A DNA stretch of 64,000 bases from an uncultured Methanomassiliicoccales archaeon. Lineage in GTDB: Archaea > Thermoplasmatota > Thermoplasmata > Methanomassiliicoccales > CAZOLG01. The DNA lies in contig CAZOLG010000002.1 of the NCBI GenBank assembly GCA_964580935.1, forward strand, positions 259,627 through 323,626, in the 5' to 3' direction. This document shows positions 29,644-38,833 of the stretch, one piece after another. The notes beneath the pieces are model-generated. The model was not told where the DNA came from, searched no databases, and worked only from the letters and a program-made list of their open reading frames with translations. The translations under genes were made by a program, and so were the position numbers. Position 1 is the first letter of the stretch. Each line of letters begins with the position of its first letter.

Positions 29644-30336
29644 ATGAATGATGATAAACTGCTGGTCGATTGGTTTGGGAGAAGAAAACAGTCCATTGTG
29701 ATGAAGGGGATAAGAAGCCATGCTTCAAAGGTCCTGGCTACCTTATCCGAATTGGATATCGCCATATCGGCAGCGGGCTCGGGGAACGAGAAGGAGGCTT
29801 CGGCGGCATTGGATCGGCTCCTACTCTCCGAGAGGGAGGCGGATAATCTGGAAAAGATGATTAGTGAGGAACTCAGCAAGGGGGACCTCAACCCCAGGCA
29901 GAGGGAGGACCTGCTCGACCTGATAAGGGAAATGGACAGGGCGGCGGACTGGGCCAAAGAAGCCTGTATGAACCTCAGATTGCTGCTGGAGGCGGGGATC
30001 GAAGTATCGGAGGAGATCTGGGATCAGTTGAAGGAGATGACCAGGATACTGACAGATATTGGCAAGCAGCTGAAGGGGAGTATCGATTCTCTCGGCGGCG
30101 ATCACTCCAAGATCATTTCTTACGGAAAGGAGGTGGGTCGCCTGGAAGAAGTACTGGACGATAAATATTTCCAGGTCAAGAAACACGTCATTGACGGTAA
30201 GCTCGAATCCCGAGGACTCATTCTTGTCAAAGATATCCTGAATTCGATCGAGAATGCAGCAGATAACTGTGAAGATGCGGGAGATATAATCCACATCATC
30301 CATTTTGCCGAACAGCATGAGGAGAGTGAGAGCTAG
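29644..30336 (+). CDS. DUF47/PhoU-like protein
   Basis: Duplicated E..AD and D..AD motifs (EREAD, MDRAAD, IENAADNCED). Confidence 0.85.
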   Translation: MNDDKLLVDWFGRRKQSIVMKGIRSHASKVLATLSELDIAISAAGSGNEKEASAALDRLLLSEREADNLEKMISEELSKGDLNPRQREDLLDLIREMDRAADWAKEACMNLRLLLEAGIEVSEEIWDQLKEMTRILTDIGKQLKGSIDSLGGDHSKIISYGKEVGRLEEVLDDKYFQVKKHVIDGKLESRGLILVKDILNSIENAADNCEDAGDIIHIIHFAEQHEESES

Positions 30337-31686
30337 ATGGGTAGACTGTTCGGTACCAATGGGATAAGGGGGGTGGTCAATCAAGATATGGACACCCGAT
30401 TGGCCCTTGAGATCGGGAAGGCCATTGGTACCTTCGTCGGTGGCAAATTGGCTATTGGCAATGACACCCGGACATCGGCGGACATGATCAAGAATTCGGT
30501 CTCTGCCGGACTGATGTCCAGCGGAGTATCGGTGGTGGACTTGGGGACCCTGCCTACACCCGCTTTACAGTACTACGTGAAGCACCATCCGATAGAAGGA
30601 GGGGTGATGATAACAGCTTCTCACAACCCTCCAGAGTTCAACGGGATCAAGTGTGTCGATTACGATGGTACTGAAATGCCTCCGGAGAAAGAGGGGGGGA
30701 TCGAATCCATCTACTTCAACAAGGAGTTCCGAAATCAGGGTTGGGAGGGTATAGGCGCCATGAATTCCGTGACCAACGCCATAGGAGATCATATCTCAGG
30801 GGTTAAGTCTCAGGTCAACACAGAGGCGATCAAGAAAGCGGGGATCACAGTGGCATTGGATTGTGCCAATGGGGCGGGGGCGCTCTCGACCCCCTACCTC
30901 CTTTCTTCTCTGGGAGTCAGAACACTTTCTCTCAATTGTGATCCCCAGGGCACATTTCCGGGTCATCCTTCAGAACCCACTCCAGAGCATCTTGAAAACC
31001 TGATGTCGTTGGTCAAGGAGACCTCGTCCGACATCGGGATTGCTCAGGACGGGGATGCGGACCGTACAATATTCGTGGATGAGGACGGGAATTACACCCA
31101 CGGAGATAAGAGTCTGGCTCTATTGGCAGGAATAATGGTGAGGGAGGGGGGCGGGCCTGTGGTCACTCCGGTCAGTTCTTCATCCTGCGTGGAGGACGTG
31201 GTCAGTGAAGCAGGAGGAGAGGTGGTGTACACCAAAGTTGGCGCCCCCATCGTGGCCAGGAAGATGATAGAGATCGGGGCTCCCTTCGGTGGAGAGGAAA
31301 ACGGGGGTCTCATTTTCGGGGAGCATCAGTTCTGTAGGGACGGGGCGATGGCCGCGGCCAAGATGCTGGAAGTAATAGCCACCTATGGCCCTCTATCCGA
31401 ACAAATCAAGACAATACCTAGCTACTCCCTGGACAAGAGAAAAATCAAGTGCGAAGAAGAGAGAAAGAGCGAGATACTGGAGAAGGTCTACAGCCATCTC
31501 AAAGGGGCCAAGATAGACATGACCGATGGGCTCAAGATATATTTTGATGACGGCTGGACGTTGATACGGCCTTCGGGCACGGAACCGATTTTCAGAATAT
31601 TCTCAGAAGCTGGGGATAAATCAACAGCGAAGAAGAGGGGGTCAGAATACGAGAAACTGGTCTCGGATCTGATCGAGGGGAGCTAG
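30337..31686 (+). CDS. glmM: Phosphoglucosamine mutase / phosphomannomutase
   Basis: FGTNGIRG, TASHNPPEFNG, DGDADR, GEENGG, RPSGTEP. Confidence 0.9.
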   Translation: MGRLFGTNGIRGVVNQDMDTRLALEIGKAIGTFVGGKLAIGNDTRTSADMIKNSVSAGLMSSGVSVVDLGTLPTPALQYYVKHHPIEGGVMITASHNPPEFNGIKCVDYDGTEMPPEKEGGIESIYFNKEFRNQGWEGIGAMNSVTNAIGDHISGVKSQVNTEAIKKAGITVALDCANGAGALSTPYLLSSLGVRTLSLNCDPQGTFPGHPSEPTPEHLENLMSLVKETSSDIGIAQDGDADRTIFVDEDGNYTHGDKSLALLAGIMVREGGGPVVTPVSSSSCVEDVVSEAGGEVVYTKVGAPIVARKMIEIGAPFGGEENGGLIFGEHQFCRDGAMAAAKMLEVIATYGPLSEQIKTIPSYSLDKRKIKCEEERKSEILEKVYSHLKGAKIDMTDGLKIYFDDGWTLIRPSGTEPIFRIFSEAGDKSTAKKRGSEYEKLVSDLIEGS

Positions 31687-32246
31687 AACAACGCCTGCAG
31701 CACGAAGATTACCCCCAGGACGATGAATATAGCCGCGGAGACCTTTCTAATTATGTTCTCCTCCACCCTCTTGCTGATCTCGTGACCCAGACCCACGCCT
31801 ATCAGTGTTATGACCGCGAAGGCGAGGATTGCTCCCAGGAGGACCAGTATGCCCTCCCCTGATTCAGCCGAGAGGCCGATGATAGCCAGTTGAGACTTGT
31901 CCCCCAGCTCCATCATGGAGATCATAATAAAAGATGTGGTCAATCCCCCGTACTCCAGGGATATGGGGGAGATGGACTCTTCTCTATCGATGAGCTGATA
32001 GACTCCCACGCCGATGAAGATTGCCCCGGCAATCAATTCTGCGATTTCTATTGGAACGTACTGGAATATCAGGGCCCCCAGAATAACACCCAGGATGGAA
32101 AGAACGCTCAGCGCTAGAAGGGTACCAAAGAACACCTCACTTCTCCTATGTTTGGAGGAAAGGACGATGGCGGCGATCATGGTCTTGTCCCCCAGTTCAG
32201 TGATCAGTATCAGGAAGAAGGCGGACAAAAAGGGAGTAAGGTTCAT
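31683..32246 (-). CDS. TMEM165/GDT1 (UPF0016) Ca2+/Mn2+ transporter
   Basis: Two ELGDK(T/S) motifs and six TM helices. Confidence 0.93.
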   Translation of the reverse strand: MNLTPFLSAFFLILITELGDKTMIAAIVLSSKHRRSEVFFGTLLALSVLSILGVILGALIFQYVPIEIAELIAGAIFIGVGVYQLIDREESISPISLEYGGLTTSFIMISMMELGDKSQLAIIGLSAESGEGILVLLGAILAFAVITLIGVGLGHEISKRVEENIIRKVSAAIFIVLGVIFVLQALF

Positions 32247-32250
32247 GTCA

Positions 32251-33093
32251 TTACTTAGAAGCGACGGCGATGATCTCTCTGATTAGTCTCCCTGCCAGGG
32301 CGGCGGTATTGCCATTATCGTAAGGCGGGCAGACCTCCACCAAGTCGAAACCTACCAGCCTCTCACCCACCATATCGATTATCTTCTTGACCTCGTAAGG
32401 AGATAGGCCGAAGGGTTCGGGATTGCCCGTGGCAGGAGCGTATGCGGGGTCTATACCATCCATGTCTAGAGTAAGGTATATTCGTTCGCGGTCGATGGAG
32501 TCCAGGGCCTCCCGACATCCAGATAGTACCCCATGCTCCTTGATGGTGAAGGCGTCCACGTTCCGAACCGGGGAGTCGCGTTCTTCTGCCGATACAGACC
32601 TCACACCCACCACCACGATGTTATTCTCCCCCGTATACTCGGAGATCCTCCTGCTTACACAGGCGTGACTCAGTGGATCTCCTAGGTATTCTTCTCTGCT
32701 ATCGAGATGGGCATCGATGGATACCACAGCGATATCCTTGAATGCCTTGACAGCAGGTACTGTGATGCTGTGCTCACCCCCCATCAGTATGGGAAACTTT
32801 CCATCATTTACAATTCTCTCCATCTCAGGTCGAAGCCCGTCCCCCATGTCCTGAGCAGTGGCAAACTCTCCAAGATTTCCACAATCGTGTATACCCAACT
32901 CACACAGATCAACCCCATGTTCAAAAAGATAGGTCTCAAAATTGTACGAAGCTTCCCTGATTCTGTTGGGCGCGAACCTCGCTCCCGAACGGAAGGACGA
33001 GGTACGGTCGAAAGGGCACCCAATAATCACAAAATCTGCATCATCATATGACGAGTGGGCATCGGCAAAGGCGGCCCCGGAGAGAGACATCAT
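32251..33093 (-). CDS. speB: Agmatinase
   Basis: GGEHS, DAHLD, DMDGIDP, DLVEV.P. Adjacent to aIF5A. Confidence 0.93.
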   Translation of the reverse strand: MMSLSGAAFADAHSSYDDADFVIIGCPFDRTSSFRSGARFAPNRIREASYNFETYLFEHGVDLCELGIHDCGNLGEFATAQDMGDGLRPEMERIVNDGKFPILMGGEHSITVPAVKAFKDIAVVSIDAHLDSREEYLGDPLSHACVSRRISEYTGENNIVVVGVRSVSAEERDSPVRNVDAFTIKEHGVLSGCREALDSIDRERIYLTLDMDGIDPAYAPATGNPEPFGLSPYEVKKIIDMVGERLVGFDLVEVCPPYDNGNTAALAGRLIREIIAVASK

Positions 33094-33480
33094 TCATACC
33101 CGCGTTATTTTCTTCCTGCCCATGGCCACCAGGTACATGATCTCTTCACCCGTTTCGAACTGTCCCTCATACCTCTCTGGTATGGGCAAATTGAAAGTGT
33201 CGTAGTCCTCAAGATCCATCAGCTGCACCTCGTCCCCCATAATTGCAAGAACCTGTGCCTTTCTCTTGTCTATCATGGGCACCTTGATCTTGTGCCTCAC
33301 AGGGTACACAACGCTCCTCTTCTGACCGTCGAAAATACCGGTGGCCTGAATCCTCGCTTTGGCCTCACCGTGCTTGCCCGGCTTGGAAGTTGAAATGGAA
33401 TCGATCTTACACGGTTCGTCATCGATCAGGAGGTACCTGTTCTCTCTGAGTTCCCTAACCTCGGATTGCGTCCATGACAT
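33094..33480 (-). CDS. eif5a: Translation factor aIF5A
   Basis: Hypusine-site motif SKPGKHGEAK. Confidence 0.96.
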   Translation of the reverse strand: MSWTQSEVRELRENRYLLIDDEPCKIDSISTSKPGKHGEAKARIQATGIFDGQKRSVVYPVRHKIKVPMIDKRKAQVLAIMGDEVQLMDLEDYDTFNLPIPERYEGQFETGEEIMYLVAMGRKKITRV

Positions 33481-33537
33481 GGATATCAAATGATGGAAAT
33501 AGCCTACTAGTTAAATAAATTGCTTACATCAAGCCCT

Positions 33538-34551
33538 CTAGGAGGGGCGGGGATACTTCTTCTTGATCTCCTGAACCCTCTGTTCAAACTCCTCTTTCAA
33601 TTCTCTGCCCACGAAGTCGCCGTCCCAGTAATCCACCCTGGCTGCTATTGAGGCCTTATTGGCCAGCGTCCTTGCTATCTTACCCCTCTGCCAGGGAGGG
33701 GCCCTATGTACTGATGGGTGCTGGAAGATGATCCCGTGCTTGGGGGGTTTCTTGTTCTTCTTGAGATGCAGGAATAGCGCCTTCTCCGCTCCCAGCAGCT
33801 GCACCGTGCTGGATGGTAGTCTAGCCATCCTCTCCAGACTTCCCGAAAGGGCGATCAATCTGGCTCCGAGGTGGGGGCCCAGCAGAGTGTTCAGGTTAGG
33901 TGCCACTTCTTTCATCCTCCTAGACACATAATCCTCCAGCTCTTCCTTCCTCCCGTACATGTCCAGAACCTGGGAGGCCTGATCCTGTATCAGAGCGATG
34001 TCTTCATCGCTCAGCTCAGAGCCAATGGAGACTGTATCCAGATCCAGTTCACTAGTAATCTTCTCCCTTTCTCCCAGTTCGGCGATGAGGGAGGCGTATC
34101 TCTCATCGTTCACGTGCTCTAACAGCTCAGGGAAATACAGACCATACCACTCCTTCAACCGTTCGTTCATGGTATTGATCATCTCATTGACATCATCCAG
34201 TGCCCTGATTACCTGCACAATGCATTGGTCCGGGCGAATAGACTCCCGGGTCCTGATCTTGCCCAGCTCTACCATTACCTGGTGCATCAACTCCGATGAA
34301 TAGGAAAAATTCTCTCCCTTTATGAACGAGGAATCGAATACCACCGGCTTGCCCAGTTTTGACAGGCGTGAATCGGCAACCTTCATTCCTTTCTCTGCCA
34401 GTTCTTCCTCCTCGGGCAGGACTTCCCCCCTCTGTACCCGCGATAGTTTCTCCGCCATCTTCTGGGGATCCTTCTCAAACAGTGCCTGATCCACTATACG
34501 GTGATCATCACAGACGAAGACGCCAAACCATTTGGTGACCAGTATCATCAT
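33538..34551 (-). CDS. nop5: Box C/D RNP protein Nop5 (NOP56/58)
   Basis: RLKEWYG..FPEL, APNL..L.G..LGARL, STVQLLGAEKALF, PKHGIIF, RGKIAR. Confidence 0.93.
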   Translation of the reverse strand: MMILVTKWFGVFVCDDHRIVDQALFEKDPQKMAEKLSRVQRGEVLPEEEELAEKGMKVADSRLSKLGKPVVFDSSFIKGENFSYSSELMHQVMVELGKIRTRESIRPDQCIVQVIRALDDVNEMINTMNERLKEWYGLYFPELLEHVNDERYASLIAELGEREKITSELDLDTVSIGSELSDEDIALIQDQASQVLDMYGRKEELEDYVSRRMKEVAPNLNTLLGPHLGARLIALSGSLERMARLPSSTVQLLGAEKALFLHLKKNKKPPKHGIIFQHPSVHRAPPWQRGKIARTLANKASIAARVDYWDGDFVGRELKEEFEQRVQEIKKKYPRPS

Positions 34552-34600
34552 ATCCCCATCAAGTTACTGACTATTGCATTTTCCTTTGATTTTTTCGTTT

Positions 34601-35224
34601 TCATTCCAGTTGTCTCAGTGCCTCTATATCGGGATCGGAGAGCTCATTGGGTGTCCCAATGGCCTCTGCTCTAACCTGAACCATGGCCAGGAACTCCATC
34701 TCCTCCAGCCGGTTGTAGGCCTCTTCCAGATCTCTCCCCCAGGCAAAAGCACCGTGATTCTGCAGCAGGCACCCAAATCCCTTGTCACTGGCCCCAGCCA
34801 CAGCGCTTGCCAATTCCTCTGTCCCCGGGGTCTCGTAGGGTAGTAAGGGCACTTCCTTGAGAACCAGCACCCCTTCCGGGATCATGCTGATGCGCAGCTC
34901 CCTGCTCAGTACAGCCAGCGTGGTGCAGAACGGTGGATGCCCGTGAACCACAGCTCCGACTTCCGGCCTGCGTCTGTAAAGTAAGAGATGTAAAGGGGTT
35001 TCTATCGAGGGGCGTCCTCCTCCCCGGACCTCACCTTCCAGAGAGAGCTTGATCAAATCGGGGGGTCCAAGGTCTCCCTTTCTCACACCAGAAGGAGTGA
35101 TCAGCACTGTGCTGTCGCCAACCCTCGCACTGATGTTCCCTCCAGTGGCATAAGTGAGTTGCCGTTCGTACATCAACCTACCGTATCGGACAATCTCGTC
35201 CCTTAGCCTGCTCTCAGAACTCAT
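34601..35224 (-). CDS. Class II aldolase/adducin family (FucA/MtnB-like)
   Basis: GGNISAR, ITPSG, PSIETPLH, VVHGHP, LLQNHG. Start ATG 35224 overlaps the mtnA stop. Confidence 0.88.
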   Translation of the reverse strand: MSSESRLRDEIVRYGRLMYERQLTYATGGNISARVGDSTVLITPSGVRKGDLGPPDLIKLSLEGEVRGGGRPSIETPLHLLLYRRRPEVGAVVHGHPPFCTTLAVLSRELRISMIPEGVLVLKEVPLLPYETPGTEELASAVAGASDKGFGCLLQNHGAFAWGRDLEEAYNRLEEMEFLAMVQVRAEAIGTPNELSDPDIEALRQLE

Positions 35225-36245
35225 CCTTTTCCTCCCTGATGTGATGGATCTTATCCGGGGAAAACAGTCCCTTCTCGGTGATAAACTTAGTGACCAGGTG
35301 ATGAGGGGTGACATCAAAGGCGGGGTTGAAGGCAGAAGAGCCGCCCGGGGCTACTCTCTGGCCTTCTATGCTTGTAACTTCTTCCTCCGCCCTGCCTTCG
35401 ATCGGGATATCATCTCCTGACGATGTGGAGAAGTCAAAGGTGGAGAGGGGCGCGGCCACGTAGAAAGGGATTCTCAGTTCTCTGGCAATGACCGCCTTCT
35501 CGAAGGTGCCGATCTTATTGGCGAAATCTCCATTGGCCACCACCCTATCCGCGCCGGTGATTACCAGGTCCACTTCCCGTTTCATGAAGTGTCCAGAAGC
35601 ACCGTCCACGATGATCGAGTGGGGGATCCCTTCATTGAGCAGTTCCCAGGCGGTCAGTTTCATCCCCTGCATTCTGGGGCGAGTTTCTGAGACGTAAACG
35701 AAGAAATCGGTACCTCGCTCCCAGGCCACCCTCATGGGGGCCAGTGCAGTTCCGAAGTCGACGGCGGCAAGGGCGCCCGCGTTGCAATGGGTCATCACTT
35801 TTGATCCTTCAGGTATAAGCGGCGCTCCATTCTCTCCTATGGCGATGCATCGGGCCACTATCGAATCGGCGTACACACCGGCTACCGCCACAGGGTCCTC
35901 TCCAGAGGAGATGGCAGACATCATATGGTCGACGGCATAGAACAGGTCGTTGGCCGTCGGCCTGGCCGATTTGAGCTCCGAAGCAGCTGCCTCGAGATCT
36001 TCCCCGTTCAGGGCCGCCAGCATCATCCCGTATGCAGCGGCGGCCCCTATAGAGGGGGCGCCCCTGATCGTCATGTCGGTTATGCAGGAGGCCATGGTCC
36101 TGTGGTCTCTGATATCAATAATCTCAAATTCCCCTGGAAGAATCTTCTGATCGATCATCAGGACTTTGTCACCGTCATACCACACCGCCCTCAGATCCTC
36201 TTCTCCCTCGTCGGTCTTGACTCGCAAACTGTCACCATTACTCAA
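35214..36245 (-). CDS. mtnA: S-methyl-5-thioribose-1-phosphate isomerase
   Basis: IRGAPSIG, RPTA, THCNAGALA, ETRP..QG..LTAWEL, GADR, NKIGT, NPAFDVTP. Confidence 0.94.
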   Translation of the reverse strand: MSNGDSLRVKTDEGEEDLRAVWYDGDKVLMIDQKILPGEFEIIDIRDHRTMASCITDMTIRGAPSIGAAAAYGMMLAALNGEDLEAAASELKSARPTANDLFYAVDHMMSAISSGEDPVAVAGVYADSIVARCIAIGENGAPLIPEGSKVMTHCNAGALAAVDFGTALAPMRVAWERGTDFFVYVSETRPRMQGMKLTAWELLNEGIPHSIIVDGASGHFMKREVDLVITGADRVVANGDFANKIGTFEKAVIARELRIPFYVAAPLSTFDFSTSSGDDIPIEGRAEEEVTSIEGQRVAPGGSSAFNPAFDVTPHHLVTKFITEKGLFSPDKIHHIREEKDEF

Positions 36246-36393
36246 TCATTGGGTAAGTAGAAAAGCATTGCTGCACTTGAGAACTCTGGAACTTCCCATT
36301 TATTAATTTGAGACCAGAGCTGATTACTATCGGCAGGTACCATCTTCTGCAGGCATCATAATGTTCTTCAGACGCGCTGCAGATTGTGGGGCT

Positions 36394-37320
36394 ATGGAAG
36401 AACTAGACAGACAGAGTTTTCAAAGGGCGATAGATAGCATCTACGAGCACGGGAGAACTCTCGAGGAAGCAAGTGTGCAGCACCTGTTCCGTGAGACTGA
36501 TCCGGAGATTGTGATTGGGGAATTGAAGTCGTACCAGAACGAGGACGGTGGATTCGGAAATGCCCTGGAACCCGATTTCCGTCTCCCTTCTTCATCTCCT
36601 CTGGCAACCAGCATTGCCTTTCAAATACTTGAGGAATTAGAGATGAACAGTAGCTGGAGCGAGATGATAGAACCGGCAGTACAGTACCTCGAGGATTCAT
36701 ACGATGAACAAAGAGGAGGTTGGCTCACCGTTCCGGAGAGTGTTAATGATTTTCCCCATGCACCATGGTGGCACTTCGATGATGAAAAGGGAGGAACCAT
36801 CATTGACAATCACTGGGGAAACCCCACAGCGGAACTGACGGGGTATCTCTACAGACATCAAAATATGGTGTCAGAGATAGACGTTGAAGCTCTGATAGAT
36901 CGAGCGGTGGATCACATCAATTCTCTCCTTGAGTTCGAGTCTCCGGCCGAAGTTTACTGCTATGTACGACTCTACCATTTGCTTCCCTCAGAGAAATCCG
37001 GGGAGATGGAAGACCAGATTACGAAGGGGGTCCAGGGGCTGGTCGAGGAGGATCCTGATGAGTGGAGCAAATATGTGCCCCAACCTCTGCATTTCATCAA
37101 AAACCGGGATTCACCACGATTCGGCATACCTGAAGAGTCCATTGAGAGGAATCTAGATTATATGGCGAGCAGACTTAACAGCAGCGGGATGCTCAAGCCT
37201 AACTGGGAGTGGGGTCGCTACCAAGATACCTGGGAAATAGCACGTGAAGAGTGGATAGGTATATTGACTCTGCGGGCCCTGGTCACGCTTAAGGACTTCA
37301 ATAGAATTAAGGATTTATAA
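36394..37320 (+). CDS. Hypothetical protein with a prenyltransferase/squalene-cyclase-like repeat
   Basis: QW-like motif YQNEDGGFGNALEPDFR, PHAPWW, NPTAE. Confidence 0.65.
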   Translation: MEELDRQSFQRAIDSIYEHGRTLEEASVQHLFRETDPEIVIGELKSYQNEDGGFGNALEPDFRLPSSSPLATSIAFQILEELEMNSSWSEMIEPAVQYLEDSYDEQRGGWLTVPESVNDFPHAPWWHFDDEKGGTIIDNHWGNPTAELTGYLYRHQNMVSEIDVEALIDRAVDHINSLLEFESPAEVYCYVRLYHLLPSEKSGEMEDQITKGVQGLVEEDPDEWSKYVPQPLHFIKNRDSPRFGIPEESIERNLDYMASRLNSSGMLKPNWEWGRYQDTWEIAREEWIGILTLRALVTLKDFNRIKDL

Positions 37321-37363
37321 GCGTGGGCAAGTCATTTCTTCCCTGCTGCCCCCTTCAGGACAA

Positions 37364-38209
37364 TCAGGCCTCGATCCGGGATGAGATTTCCATACCGGCT
37401 GCTATGCCCATGCCCCAAGATAGTGCGGTCTGTCGGTATATCCCCAAGGTTAGCGAGCCCACTGCATAAAGGTTTTCTATATCAGTTCTACCGGTAGGAA
37501 ACTCGACTGTTGAATATGGGGGCGAAACTACAGGAGATGAGGGTTTTCTGCCTATGGCCACGACCACCAGGTCAGATTCAATGTCCTCAGTTCCACAAGA
37601 TAGCAGATAACAATCCCTGTCTTCCTCGCATCTTTTGACTTCTCCCCTTATCTCCCTTATGCCCCTTACCCTGACCTCTCTGACTAGAGATTCGAGAGCC
37701 TTTGGTTCACTCCTTCTGATGATAACGACCTCCGCTCCACTACGATCGAGTCGGAGGGCGTAATCGTAGGCGACATCCCCTCCACCAATAATTGCTATCC
37801 GTTCAGCGGCGTAGTCTCTCCAAGGCGGTTCATATATCTCACCTGGAAAACCCAGTGAGAGAGGTGCGGTACCAGTGGCCAACACGACGTATTGAGATGT
37901 CAATTCTCCTCCGCCGTAACCCATCTGAAATCCTCCTGAATCTTTCCTCACCTTATCAACATCTCCATATATGATATCGATATCGTAGAGTTCGACTATG
38001 TCTTCCAGCTCTCCCACCAGTTTTCTGCCCTCCGACCCAACAAACCCTGGAAGGTTCTCTATCCTGTTAGCATAGGCTATTAATCCTCCAATTTTGCCCT
38101 TCTCAATGACCGACACCTCTTCGATCCCTTCCCTGATACACTGCTGAGCGGTGGCTATCCCCGCCGGTCCAGCGCCGATTACACAAACCTTTCTTCCACG
38201 TCTTTGCAT
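37364..38209 (-). CDS. FAD/NAD(P)-dependent oxidoreductase, thioredoxin-reductase-like but without CxxC
   Basis: VIGAGPAG, IENLPG, VLATG, IIGGGDVAYD, AIGR. Confidence 0.85.
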   Translation of the reverse strand: MQRRGRKVCVIGAGPAGIATAQQCIREGIEEVSVIEKGKIGGLIAYANRIENLPGFVGSEGRKLVGELEDIVELYDIDIIYGDVDKVRKDSGGFQMGYGGGELTSQYVVLATGTAPLSLGFPGEIYEPPWRDYAAERIAIIGGGDVAYDYALRLDRSGAEVVIIRRSEPKALESLVREVRVRGIREIRGEVKRCEEDRDCYLLSCGTEDIESDLVVVAIGRKPSSPVVSPPYSTVEFPTGRTDIENLYAVGSLTLGIYRQTALSWGMGIAAGMEISSRIEA

Positions 38210-38814
38210 AGCAATATCTCCGCTATCCCGTGAGAAAGTGATCTGAGCGTAGATGTGTGAATATCCTCACAGGAAGTGGCCGTGCCATCTGCCAAAAAGA
38301 AGACTCTGTAACCTCTCACGAAGCCGTCCCTGGCCGTTGTTTCACAGCAGATATCACTCATCACCCCCATGATGAAAATATTCTTAACGCCGGCAAGACT
38401 GTCCTCGATGTTCGTCTCATAGAATGATGAATAGGTCTGCTTGACCACTATATCCCCGTTGACAACGATGCGCCTGTCCAGGCGGGCCATGTCTCCTTCT
38501 TCTATTCTGTTTCCCCACCATTCGATCATCAAACCCTCCGGCCCATCCTGGACTGTTCGCGTATACACCACCTTTGCCCAGTTTTCTGAGAATAGCCTGA
38601 CCATCTGGTTTACGTTATCGATTATGGCGTCGGCGGCAGGGAGATAGGCATGGCTCTCCGGTGAAAGGAAGTGGTTCTGCATATCTATCACCAAGAGGGC
38701 GCTCTCCTCCCACTTGATCTCGCTCTTCCATCTCCTGGTGTAAGGCAATTCAGAAAGCCATTGTACAGCCTTCTCCTCTATATTATCGGGTGAGAGGTAG
38801 TTTTCTCCAGACAT
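38179..38814 (-). CDS. Isochorismatase/nicotinamidase-family cysteine hydrolase
   Basis: ALLVIDMQNHF, K..YSSF, GVMSDICCETTARD (Asp-Lys-Cys triad). Confidence 0.9.
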   Translation of the reverse strand: MSGENYLSPDNIEEKAVQWLSELPYTRRWKSEIKWEESALLVIDMQNHFLSPESHAYLPAADAIIDNVNQMVRLFSENWAKVVYTRTVQDGPEGLMIEWWGNRIEEGDMARLDRRIVVNGDIVVKQTYSSFYETNIEDSLAGVKNIFIMGVMSDICCETTARDGFVRGYRVFFLADGTATSCEDIHTSTLRSLSHGIAEILLCKDVEERFV

Positions 38815-38833
38815 ATCGACATCATCCGTGTTC

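Noticed and set aside
30334-30339. Pyrrolysine or other stop read-through fusing DUF47 to glmM (in-frame TAG-ATG); similar in-frame junctions at scpA/scpB and aIF5A/speB
   Set aside because: Each partner is a full-length member of its family with its own start codon, so abutting, translationally coupled genes explain the pattern.
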